A stretch of DNA of 64,000 nt from a virus. Its lineage: Duplodnaviria > Caudoviricetes. Of this stretch, positions 49,911-59,417 are shown one piece after another (positions within the stretch are counted from its first letter, which is position 1; each line of letters opens with the position of its first letter). The stretch is taken from positions 1-64,000 of IMG/VR virus record IMGVR_UViG_3300028797_000128; one strand, given 5' to 3'. The notes beneath the pieces were generated by a model. It was not told where the DNA came from. It saw nothing but the letters and a program-made list of their open reading frames with translations, and did not search any database. Made by a program: the position numbers and the translations under genes.

Positions 49911-51332
49911 ATGGCAAAGAATAAAAACGCTATGCGAGTTTCGTTCTGTGGGAGTAATGCAACAGAGGTAACGGGAAGTCGCACATTGTTGACCGTAGCT
50001 GACAAACAATATCTTTTTGAGTGTGGATTGCACCAGTCCTCTAAGTCAATATGGGAAGAATATAAAATCAACTCAGCTAAGTTTGATTTTAAGGCAAAAG
50101 ATATTGATGCGGTATTTGTCGGACACGCACATTCAGACCACGTGAATCTATTACCATTGCTTGTAAAACGTGGATTTACTGGTAATATCTATATCCCGAA
50201 AGACAATTTTGACCTCATGCGTATTCTTATGGAGGATTGTGCTCATATATGTGACAGAGACGCAGAGTTCTTAAATCGCACAGAACATTCAGTCGAGCCA
50301 TTATATACAGAAGAAGATGTGCAAGCTACATTAGATAGAATGGTTGAGTTGCCGTTTGGTGAAAAGATTGTTATTGATGACCATGCAACATTACGTTTCA
50401 CTCATAGTGGGCATATCACAAACTCAGCTCATATAGAGTTATGGGTGACAAACAATAATGTGATGAAGAAAATTTATTACACTTCGGATTTAGGAAACAC
50501 ATCTGTTCCCTGTTATTATGTTCATCCTATAGAACCTGTTTCAAATGCAGATTTGGTAATTGCTGAAGCAACATACGCAAATCCTAAAAGGCAAATTAAG
50601 CCAAAAGATAGGCAATGTGATATTGATAAGATTAAAACGGTAGTAGAGCAAACTGTTGAAAAGGGTGGCAAAGTTCTATTCCCTGTTTTTGCAAATCACA
50701 GATGTCAAACTATTCTTACGGTTCTATATGAGATATATGGCAACGATGAGAATTTTAATACTCAAATCTATGTGGACAGTCCGATGGCGGTTAAGATATG
50801 CAAGCTCATGTGTCACATAGTCAACGAGAAGCAAATGCACGTTTGGGAAAAGGTTATGACTTGGAAGAATGTTCATTTTATTAGTGAATATGCGGACAGC
50901 AAGGCGTTGCAGGAAACAAATGAGTCTTGTATCATACTGGCAAGTAGTGGCATGATGTCGGCGGGCAGATCGGTGTCATGGGCGCAGAAACTCTTAGGCA
51001 GCACCAAGAATCACTTTGTATTCTGCGGTTACAGTGCCGAAGGTAGTCTTGCCGATAAGATTAGAAATAGTATGCAAAAGACTATTACGATTGATGGTAA
51101 GGTTGTACCTAACAAGGCGTATGTCACAACGCTGAATAGTTTTTCAAGTCACATACAGCATAATCAGATGTTAGAGTATTACTCAGATATAGATTGCAAC
51201 AAGATTGCAATTGTTCATTCCAATTTCAATGATAAGGAAAAGTTTTGCAAAGAATTGCAAGAAGAATATTCAAAGAAATCTAAAAGCACAAAGGTGGTTT
51301 GTGTTAATAGTGGAACGGTAATCAGCTTATAA
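49911..51332 (+). CDS. MBL-fold beta-CASP ribonuclease
   Basis: HAHSDH, SGHI, EATY, VDSP, SSGM, FSSH. Confidence 0.9.
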   Translation: MAKNKNAMRVSFCGSNATEVTGSRTLLTVADKQYLFECGLHQSSKSIWEEYKINSAKFDFKAKDIDAVFVGHAHSDHVNLLPLLVKRGFTGNIYIPKDNFDLMRILMEDCAHICDRDAEFLNRTEHSVEPLYTEEDVQATLDRMVELPFGEKIVIDDHATLRFTHSGHITNSAHIELWVTNNNVMKKIYYTSDLGNTSVPCYYVHPIEPVSNADLVIAEATYANPKRQIKPKDRQCDIDKIKTVVEQTVEKGGKVLFPVFANHRCQTILTVLYEIYGNDENFNTQIYVDSPMAVKICKLMCHIVNEKQMHVWEKVMTWKNVHFISEYADSKALQETNESCIILASSGMMSAGRSVSWAQKLLGSTKNHFVFCGYSAEGSLADKIRNSMQKTITIDGKVVPNKAYVTTLNSFSSHIQHNQMLEYYSDIDCNKIAIVHSNFNDKEKFCKELQEEYSKKSKSTKVVCVNSGTVISL

Positions 51333-51445
51333 GGTAGCCTGTAGGCGTAGAGATTATAGGGTACTTCCCTGCTCACCTTTCTGCAAAAGCTTGATTATGC
51401 AGAAAATCATGCAAATAAAAATCTTGATTTGTGTAAGGAGATAAT

Positions 51446-51634
51446 ATGGCAAAAGCAAATGTAATACGCAAGAACTCTCTTGGTATTAAGGGTGTTCTGA
51501 ATGTAGATAAAGACAGCAATAGCGTTGTTATAGAGATTGAGGACGGCGAGGCTTTAGAGTTGGCAAGTCTGCTTGATGATTTTAACGGCTCGGAAGTCTC
51601 GATCTCAGTTGGCGAGTCAATTGACATCGCATAA
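51446..51634 (+). CDS. YonK-like protein
   Basis: KG.L..L.DFNG.EVSIS pattern; SPbeta-like synteny. Confidence 0.6.
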   Translation: MAKANVIRKNSLGIKGVLNVDKDSNSVVIEIEDGEALELASLLDDFNGSEVSISVGESIDIA

Positions 51635-51690
51635 ATTCAGTGAAACGTGATTCAGTAAATCACAATTAGAATTTAAGGAGGAAAAATCAG

Positions 51691-52659
51691 TTGAAGAAAT
51701 TCACGACTGAGCAATACTGTCGTATCTTCGAGGTTTGCAATAGTAAGCCAAAGGATAGGACTTGGGACGATGTAGCGATACAACTCAATTCTGAGTTCAA
51801 TAGTGATGTAAGTTCCAGTGCATATAGGAAGTGTTACCAATATTATACTTTAATGAATAACGCTCTCAAAGCAAAAGGTGATACCTCTGTAGCAACTCGC
51901 ATACTTAGCATATCGGACACACACGTTCCTTTTGAACTGCCGATAGAGATGTTATCAGCCTATAAAGGCAGAGTTGATATACTTCAACTTAATGGCGACA
52001 TCTGTGATTGTCAGGCTATTTCAAAATTCAATAAGGTTTATCGTGTGTCCCCTATGGAAGAAATTATTAAGGCTCGTAAATATGTGATTGATATGATTGA
52101 ATATTTGCAACCCAAGAAAGTGGTTGTAACATACGGCAATCACGATCTGCGCTTTCAGAACTACATAGCTAAAAATCTTGACAATGAAATGGCTGAGCTT
52201 ATGCCGAGAACAAGTCTTGAATTAATCTTTGTAGACGGTTTCTTTCATTATGATAAAAGAGAAGGGACTAAATCTTGGTATACTCCTATAAAAGAACTGT
52301 TCCCCACTATTGAGATTGACTATACCGATGATTGGTGGGTACAGATTGGCGACACAATATTTGCTCATCCGTCAGCATTTTCATCGGGAGTTCTCAAGAC
52401 TGCGGAAAAAGCGATGTATTTCTTCAGGAATGAAGGTATGCAGTTTATGGAACTCGTAATGGCTCATACTCATAGAGTTGGTGAGTATTACATCGGTAAC
52501 ACAAGAATAATTGAACAGGGTGCGTTTAGTGACGTATCTAAGAACAATTATAATAACGGTCAGCTTTATAATTCTCAGAAAGAGGGTTTTGTGTATCTGT
52601 GTCAGGATATAAACGGCAAAACTATGCGTGAGAAAACAGAGTTGGTCGCACTGAATTAA
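51691..52659 (+). CDS. calcineurin-like metallophosphoesterase
   Basis: SDTH, GDICD, GNHD, AHTH. Confidence 0.85.
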   Translation: MKKFTTEQYCRIFEVCNSKPKDRTWDDVAIQLNSEFNSDVSSSAYRKCYQYYTLMNNALKAKGDTSVATRILSISDTHVPFELPIEMLSAYKGRVDILQLNGDICDCQAISKFNKVYRVSPMEEIIKARKYVIDMIEYLQPKKVVVTYGNHDLRFQNYIAKNLDNEMAELMPRTSLELIFVDGFFHYDKREGTKSWYTPIKELFPTIEIDYTDDWWVQIGDTIFAHPSAFSSGVLKTAEKAMYFFRNEGMQFMELVMAHTHRVGEYYIGNTRIIEQGAFSDVSKNNYNNGQLYNSQKEGFVYLCQDINGKTMREKTELVALN

Positions 52660-52748
52660 GCAAGATTGGTCTTTCTGTGTGAAAGATAAGTAGAATTACA
52701 GGGTTGTCCCCTATCTACGCCTTTCTATTTTAAAGGAAAGAGGATAAT

Positions 52749-53495
52749 ATGTCTTGTGGAATTTATTGTATTGAAAACAAAGTGAATGGCAAAAGGTATG
52801 TTGGGTTAAGTCGTAATATTGAAATCAGATGGAAATCACATAAAAACAGACTTAATTCAGGAAATCATATTAATACTCATTTACAAGCGGCTTGGAATAA
52901 ATATGGTGAAAGTAATTTTGATTTTATTATTATAGAATTATGTTCCGATGATGTCATAAAAGATAGGGAAATTTATTATATTTCTTTATACAAAACGCAA
53001 GATAATCGTTTCGGATATAATCAAACCGCTGGCGGTGATGGTATAAAAAATTTAAATGAGGATTGTGCAGACAAAATTTCTTTAGGCGAAACACTTTACC
53101 CAGTGGTTAAATTAGATTTTGATGGCAACTACATATGCGAATATAGAAATTGTAGATTTGCAGCGGAAGATACTGGATTGTTTACTGAAAATATAAGATA
53201 TTGTTGCGATAAAAAAGGTAAACGCAAAACTACTGGTGGATATATTTGGATGTATAAATCTGATTATGAACAAAACGGGTGCGATGTAGAATACTATAAA
53301 ATTTTAAAAAGAGGAACGCCTGTTAGTCAATTTACAAAAGACGGGCAATATATTGCAACATACATATCAATGCATGAAGCGGAAAGACAAACAGGATGTC
53401 CATTTAAAAACATATCTGCGGTTTGTAATGGGACAAAACATACTTGCATGGGGTATGTATGGAAATTCGCAGATGAAAGCATACTATTAAATTGA
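52749..53495 (+). CDS. GIY-YIG homing endonuclease with NUMOD1-like repeats
   Basis: GIYCIEN..YVG; two GY.W-ending repeats. Confidence 0.85.
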   Translation: MSCGIYCIENKVNGKRYVGLSRNIEIRWKSHKNRLNSGNHINTHLQAAWNKYGESNFDFIIIELCSDDVIKDREIYYISLYKTQDNRFGYNQTAGGDGIKNLNEDCADKISLGETLYPVVKLDFDGNYICEYRNCRFAAEDTGLFTENIRYCCDKKGKRKTTGGYIWMYKSDYEQNGCDVEYYKILKRGTPVSQFTKDGQYIATYISMHEAERQTGCPFKNISAVCNGTKHTCMGYVWKFADESILLN

Positions 53496-53516
53496 ATTAA
53501 AAGGAGAGTATCTTAA

Positions 53517-53939
53517 GTGATTATATCTGAATCTGTTTGCAAGAAATATGATAGATACGAGGATTTTACATCTGAGTTTGTGCGCACCGCTATGGAGAAT
53601 GGAGTTACGTTCCTCATAGTGAATTGGCAGGATGCGCTTGGCGTGTGTCAGCTGCTTAACGCCTTTACCATTAATGGAAATAGCATTGCTATGCGTGGCG
53701 AGTTCACAGATGAGGCTTATGCAGATATTCAGTGTGTTAAAGAATACGATGGCAACACGCTAATAACATTATTTGATAATGGCGAGATGATTTGCGAAAA
53801 GGCTCTGAATGATGAAACCGCATATGTGGATGACGCTATGTATTTTGTTGAATACAGTGCAAAAGAAGTAGTTCTGCCTTTACACGCAAAGGTTGTACCT
53901 TTCAAGATCGAAACTCAGATTTTTGAGAACGTATTTTGA
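53517..53939 (+). CDS. hypothetical protein
   Basis: RBS AAGGAG. Confidence 0.65.
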   Translation: MIISESVCKKYDRYEDFTSEFVRTAMENGVTFLIVNWQDALGVCQLLNAFTINGNSIAMRGEFTDEAYADIQCVKEYDGNTLITLFDNGEMICEKALNDETAYVDDAMYFVEYSAKEVVLPLHAKVVPFKIETQIFENVF

Positions 53940-54319
53940 TTATATAGTCGCAAGTCGGCTTATAATTCTCGCCTAAAGCTGTGGCGAGTAACTAAATGAC
54001 GGAACGGGGCATAGATTAAGCCCCGTATGTGGAAAGCAACTGCAATGATGTTGTAATCTGCACCAAAGCAAATCTCGGAGAACAACTTCACGGTTAAACT
54101 GTTGTCGCAAAATCCGAGGTTTTATGTACCTACCACGCCTCTGTTGTAAGCGTACCACGGTGGGTCTTTAAGACAAAGCTCTTTACGAGCACTTATTAGG
54201 AAAGAGTTTTCAAGCATCTCTTGCATTGTGGTGTCTGTGCGCACAGGTATCGCTTTGATTTTCGTGCTTGAATGCTGCGCATTATGGGATTTAGAGCACA
54301 ATCTAAACTTGCGCATTAT

Positions 54320-54393
54320 GGCAGTTTGGTGAAATGGTATCATATAAGGTTCATACCCTTATGTTCCAAGTTCGACTCTTGGGGCTGCAACCA
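54320..54393 (+). tRNA. tRNA-Met(CAT), initiator-like 1:72 mismatch
   Basis: TAAGG-TTCATAC-CCTTA anticodon arm, TTCGACT T-loop, CCA. Confidence 0.85.
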
Positions 54394-54519
54394 AGCGTAT
54401 CTTCAACGCTATAAGCATTAAAGGCAGATAGAGAGAACCGATCATTCTCTTGACAAGTGTCACCATTCACTTCTGCCTTTACAAGTTTAAAATGGTGAGA
54501 TTGGAAATGGTGCATATGA

Positions 54520-55410
54520 ATGTTAGATGTGAGGACACAAGATGTTACGATTATAAGTAATTCTACGGGTGAAGATATTACGGAGCAGTATGCGTTGTTA
54601 ATGACGCAAGATGAGAAAGAAAGAAAAGATAAACAACAAAAAGAAAGAGATAAAAAGACTTATAAAAGATTATGCCAAAACGAAAGAGGGTATTTTACTA
54701 TGATGCTCTACGAGATGAAAAAGGCTTTGGAATTAGGTGTTTCTCAACCGAATGTGACACGATTAATGTATCTCGCAACATACATGGATTATGATAATAT
54801 TTTAAGAGCTGGAAATAATACCTTGATGACTAAAAGAAGTATGCAAAAATGTTTGAGATTAAAAGAAGATACTTTTAGAAACTTTTATAAGGATTGTATA
54901 GATGCAAAACTTATTCAATACAAAGAAGATAAGTATTTTTTGAATCAGTCTATTTTCAAGCGTGGTCGTATAACGCAAGAACAAGCTAAGAACGACAACA
55001 CAATGTTCTTGTATCATAAAGGCATTAGAGAAATTTACGAGAATAGCAAGATTTCAGAGCATAAGATTTTAGGCTATGTATTCTTAGTAATGCCTTATGT
55101 TAATCAAACTTTCAACGTCATTTGTAAAAACCCTAAAGAGGAATCATTTCAAGAAATGGAATGTTTAGATTGGAATGATGTTGGAGATATACTTCAAATA
55201 AATGCTATTCGTAATTTAAAAATGAAATTCAAAAGATTCACTGTTGGTGGACAATATGTTTTTGTTGACGCATCTACTGATAGTAAATCCTTTATATTTG
55301 TGAATCCTCAAATTTATTATACTGGCAAAAATTGGGAACAGGTAGAATGGATAGAAGGGGTTTGTTCTTCGTCTCAGTTGGAACGGAAGGGCGAAATTCA
55401 CAGCACATAA
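54520..55410 (+). CDS. hypothetical protein, RepL-like wHTH repeats
   Basis: LMYLATY, YFLN, FVNPQIYY. Confidence 0.55.
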   Translation: MLDVRTQDVTIISNSTGEDITEQYALLMTQDEKERKDKQQKERDKKTYKRLCQNERGYFTMMLYEMKKALELGVSQPNVTRLMYLATYMDYDNILRAGNNTLMTKRSMQKCLRLKEDTFRNFYKDCIDAKLIQYKEDKYFLNQSIFKRGRITQEQAKNDNTMFLYHKGIREIYENSKISEHKILGYVFLVMPYVNQTFNVICKNPKEESFQEMECLDWNDVGDILQINAIRNLKMKFKRFTVGGQYVFVDASTDSKSFIFVNPQIYYTGKNWEQVEWIEGVCSSSQLERKGEIHST

Positions 55411-55524
55411 GCTATACGTTGATATATAGGCAAATACAAAGATTTTTGCAAACCGAAAAAAGTCAACATAATGACATACTTTTTCGGAAAATAATTAACA
55501 AAACGAGCGTAAGGAGATGATTGA

Positions 55525-56553
55525 ATGGAAGGCAGATCGACGGTCTATAATAAGATTACAAGTGATGAAAAGATTAAGCAGATCAACCCCGAAAACGCTC
55601 AGTTGAGCAAAGACTTTCTTGATTACCTTGCTTCAATTGACAGAAGTCCTAAGACTATTTTTGCATATAATTCTGACCTTGAAATATTCTTTGTTTGGAA
55701 CTTAGAAGAAAATGCCAACAAGGATTTTATAAAGATTAGTAAACGTGACTTTGCGAGATTTCAGAATCACGCTCTCAATGTGTGGAAATGGAGTCCTCGT
55801 AGGATAAGGCGAGTTAAATCTACAATTTCTTCTCTTAGCAACTATATCATGAATATGCTCGACGAAGAAGAAGGGTATGAAGATTATCGCAGTATTATTA
55901 AGAAGATTGAATCTCCCGCAAATGAGGCTGTTAGAGAAAAGACTGTGCTTTCTACAGAACAGGTGCAGAGGTTGCTTGATGAACTTGTAAAGCGTGAAGA
56001 ATACGATAGAGCTGTTTGTATTGCAATTCTCGCTTATTCGGGTATGCGTAAGGCGGAACTGCTTCAAATGAAAATGGAATACTTTAACGCAGACCACTTA
56101 GAGTTTGGCTGCCTTTATAAAACAGATAAGGTGAGAGCCAAAGGTTGTGGTGTGCGCGGCAAACAGATAAACAAGTATGTAATGAATAAAGTTGATACCT
56201 ATATGGATTTATGGCGCAAGAAGCGTGAAGAATTAGGTATTGACAGCGAGTGGGTTCTTGTTATAAAGCGTGGTGACGTTTGGGAGCAGAGAACGGATAT
56301 TGAGAGTTGGAAAGATGAGTTTACTCAGATTCTCGGTTGCCCGTTCTATTTTCATGCCCTTAGGCACGCATTGTGTACTGAGCTTGTTCAAATGAACATA
56401 CCGTCAGAAGTTATAAAAGAATTTTTCAAATGGGAGTCTGTAGAAATGATTAGCCATTACAATGATGCTTCTGCGGCTGATGACTTTGGTAAATACTTTA
56501 GTGCAGATGGCATTATACAGCAAGAAAATAAGGGTATTGCTGATATAAAATAG
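55525..56553 (+). CDS. tyrosine recombinase
   Basis: core-binding domain, SGMRKAEL, FHALRH, FFKW, SHY. Confidence 0.9.
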   Translation: MEGRSTVYNKITSDEKIKQINPENAQLSKDFLDYLASIDRSPKTIFAYNSDLEIFFVWNLEENANKDFIKISKRDFARFQNHALNVWKWSPRRIRRVKSTISSLSNYIMNMLDEEEGYEDYRSIIKKIESPANEAVREKTVLSTEQVQRLLDELVKREEYDRAVCIAILAYSGMRKAELLQMKMEYFNADHLEFGCLYKTDKVRAKGCGVRGKQINKYVMNKVDTYMDLWRKKREELGIDSEWVLVIKRGDVWEQRTDIESWKDEFTQILGCPFYFHALRHALCTELVQMNIPSEVIKEFFKWESVEMISHYNDASAADDFGKYFSADGIIQQENKGIADIK

Positions 56554-56597
56554 AACCCACATTTTATTAGAAATCTACAAATCATATATTCCTCCTT

Positions 56598-56618
56598 GCC
56601 CTCTTTGAGAGGGCTTTT
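56598..56618 (+). terminator. intrinsic terminator
   Basis: GCCCTCT-TTG-AGAGGGC-TTTT. Confidence 0.65.
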
Positions 56619-56677
56619 GTGTTGTCTGACTGCGATGATGTTGGACGGCGCACCAATACTATGAAAAGAGGAAAGAT

Positions 56678-56869
56678 ATGCCAATATATAATTATGTTTG
56701 CCCAAACTGCGATAATAAGTTTGAGACAGACAAGAAAATAAGTGAGTATAATCCTCATGAATTATGCCCTAAATGTGGAGAACCTGCAAATAGGAATATG
56801 ACCAAGAACTATTGCAATGGCAACTACGTTGTGAAATGCGATGGGTTCTATGGAAAAACATCAAAGTGA
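56678..56869 (+). CDS. FmdB-like Zn-ribbon protein
   Basis: MPIY.Y.C..C..CPKCG..GFY. Confidence 0.75.
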   Translation: MPIYNYVCPNCDNKFETDKKISEYNPHELCPKCGEPANRNMTKNYCNGNYVVKCDGFYGKTSK

Positions 56870-56973
56870 ATAACAATATATGGGAGTAGCTACCCATATA
56901 TGAGGGCGGTTTTCTATCCTGCCGCCCTCTGTTATTTATAAATATAAAAGAAGGATAGAGAGAGGATAGAACA

Positions 56974-58296
56974 ATGTTAATTACGACAGAAGTCCAAGTG
57001 GTAGTAGCCAGTCGCACTCTATATTTTTATCGTAATCTTGGCTACGATTGTAAGATAGGCGACACAATTACCGTCCCGGTAGAAAAGACTCATAATGGGT
57101 GTAACGAGAAGATTTGGTATAAATGTGACATTTGCAATAAGCAAAAACAAGTATCATTAAAATCGTTTAAGGCAACGCGGGGTTTCGATGAACCTATGTA
57201 TTGCGTAGAATGCGCAAATCTTTTACGGTGTGGCAAGTCAATTGATGATATTCGGGAATATATTAGTTTAAAAGCAAGAGATGGATATAGAATATGCAAA
57301 AAATGTAACAGAGAATTACCTCTTGATATAAAATATTTCAATCCCGATGTAATGTGTGCAGACGGTTTACGGTTTGTTTGCAGAGAATGTTCTGGTGATC
57401 CATTCAAAACACATGAAGATGATTGGAGTAGAGAGTGGACTGATGATGAATTGTCCTTGCTTAAACAACATTACGCAGATTGCACCACTAAAGAATTACA
57501 GGAGAAATTCTTTCCAGATAGAAGCATTCGTGGAATCCGATGTATGGGAAACAAATTGCATATTGCAAAAAGTGAAATAGCTAAAACCAAAAGCAATGAA
57601 AGCAGAGCAAATCTATGTCGGGAGGCATTTACTGGTAGAAAATTAAGTGATTCAGCAAAAGAAAAATTGTCTGTTAAAGCAAGGGAAAGGTATGAAAAAT
57701 ATGGGAGTCCATTAAAGGGTAGACCTTTTACTTTGACTCACAAACAAAACATAAGTAAAGGGCTTAAAGAGTCTGGAAGATGGAAGGGCGAAAATAACCC
57801 TCGTTATGCTAATCCTTTATGCGGAAAAGACAACCCTAATTGGAAGGGTGGTTTAACGCCATTATATCAAGAATTGAGAAGTGACACGAGAGATTGGTTT
57901 GTCGAATCTGGAGAATTGTCGAATTTTAAATGTGTTATAAGCGGATTAAAATTAGACAATGTTCATCACTTGATACCGTTTAAAGATATTGTAAAAGAGG
58001 TCTTTGATGTTTTAAATCTTGAATTTAAAGACAGTATTGCTGATTATACCGCCACTGAAGAAAGTCAAATAAGAAATCTTCTAAAAGAACTACATATACA
58101 ATATGGATTAGGAGTAGGACTGAATAAGGAGGTTCACAAATTATTTCATGATAATTATGGGTATAGCAATGTCACTAAAGAGGATTTTAAATCTTTTTTG
58201 ATTGGAATACAAAACGGTGTGTATGATGAATATTTTGCGGAACATAATTTGCCTATTATGTTAAACGTGTCTGCGATAGACGTATTATTAAATTAA
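56974..58296 (+). CDS. HNH/NUMOD3-type homing endonuclease
   Basis: Zn fingers, NPNWKGG, VHHL..HKLFH..YG. Confidence 0.75.
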   Translation: MLITTEVQVVVASRTLYFYRNLGYDCKIGDTITVPVEKTHNGCNEKIWYKCDICNKQKQVSLKSFKATRGFDEPMYCVECANLLRCGKSIDDIREYISLKARDGYRICKKCNRELPLDIKYFNPDVMCADGLRFVCRECSGDPFKTHEDDWSREWTDDELSLLKQHYADCTTKELQEKFFPDRSIRGIRCMGNKLHIAKSEIAKTKSNESRANLCREAFTGRKLSDSAKEKLSVKARERYEKYGSPLKGRPFTLTHKQNISKGLKESGRWKGENNPRYANPLCGKDNPNWKGGLTPLYQELRSDTRDWFVESGELSNFKCVISGLKLDNVHHLIPFKDIVKEVFDVLNLEFKDSIADYTATEESQIRNLLKELHIQYGLGVGLNKEVHKLFHDNYGYSNVTKEDFKSFLIGIQNGVYDEYFAEHNLPIMLNVSAIDVLLN

Positions 58297-58310
58297 GGAG
58301 GAATGGTGCG

Positions 58311-59417
58311 ATGCCACAAAAGAAGCGAAAGAAAGCTCCTCGTGCAGCGCAAAAGAAAATTTGCACTTGTTGTGGCAAGGAGTTGTCGTTAATTAATTTT
58401 TATACGGCATCTAACCCGCTAACATCGAGTGATGGCGAGAGAGTGAACGTTTGCAAAAATTGTGTTAAGAAAGAGTCTTTGAATGAAGATGGCTCATTGA
58501 ATATGGAAAAATTCAAGCAAATGTTAATGTTAATGGATAAACCACTTGTCCCACAAGCATTAGATTCTGCAATAGCTGAAACTGATAAGGCAAAAGAATT
58601 GGGAAAAGGACGCACCGATATAATTGGTGTGTACATGAAAAACATTATTACTCTACCCCAGTATTCAAAATTGTCTTTTATGGAGTCGATGGCTCTCTTA
58701 GAAAGTGGGCAGACTGTATCTGCTAATGTGACAACTGCCGAAAGGCGTGTAAGACCAAATCCAAAAGAAGATGTGTATATAAGGCAAGTTGATGATTTTG
58801 TAGTCACTGATGAAATACTTGATCGTTTTGGAGAAGGATATTCTAAGAGCGATTATCGCAAAATGCAGAGAAAGTATGATAAGCTAAAGCAAAATTATCA
58901 GATTTCGACAAATCTGCACGAAGAAGCTTTGGCTACCTATGTAAGATTTAAGGTTAAAGAGGAACAAGCTACTGCAAATGGAGATGTGGGTGGAGCAGAA
59001 AAATGGAATAAGGCAGCTCAAGAAGCTGCGGACAAAGCGAAACTTACCCCTAAGCAATTATCACAAGCGGATTTGCAAGGTGGTATAACTGCCATATCTG
59101 AAATCTCAAAGGCTGTTGAAGAAGCGGCTGATATTGTAGAGATATTACCGAGATTTAAATATTCTCCTAATGATGCCCCTGATTTTATTATTTGGTGTTA
59201 TGTTAATTTTTGCAGAAAACTCAAAGGACTTCCAGAAGTTGATTATAAGGATGTTTATTCATTTTATGATAAAAAGAAAGAAGAATATATTGCTCAATAT
59301 GGTGATCCTTACAATATTTTTGCAGATGATACCACGGAGAAAAACAGGGGTGCAGTAGAGAAATTCATTAAACTCCCCAAAGATTATAATACTGGTGGTG
59401 ATGATAATGGCGAGTGA
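58311..59417 (+). CDS. conserved protein upstream of terL (terminase small subunit candidate)
   Basis: CxxC..CKNC, FGEGY; synteny. Confidence 0.55.
   Translation: MPQKKRKKAPRAAQKKICTCCGKELSLINFYTASNPLTSSDGERVNVCKNCVKKESLNEDGSLNMEKFKQMLMLMDKPLVPQALDSAIAETDKAKELGKGRTDIIGVYMKNIITLPQYSKLSFMESMALLESGQTVSANVTTAERRVRPNPKEDVYIRQVDDFVVTDEILDRFGEGYSKSDYRKMQRKYDKLKQNYQISTNLHEEALATYVRFKVKEEQATANGDVGGAEKWNKAAQEAADKAKLTPKQLSQADLQGGITAISEISKAVEEAADIVEILPRFKYSPNDAPDFIIWCYVNFCRKLKGLPEVDYKDVYSFYDKKKEEYIAQYGDPYNIFADDTTEKNRGAVEKFIKLPKDYNTGGDDNGE

Noticed and set aside
53945-54319. tmRNA or RNase P RNA
   Set aside because: Diagnostic ends and motifs not found.
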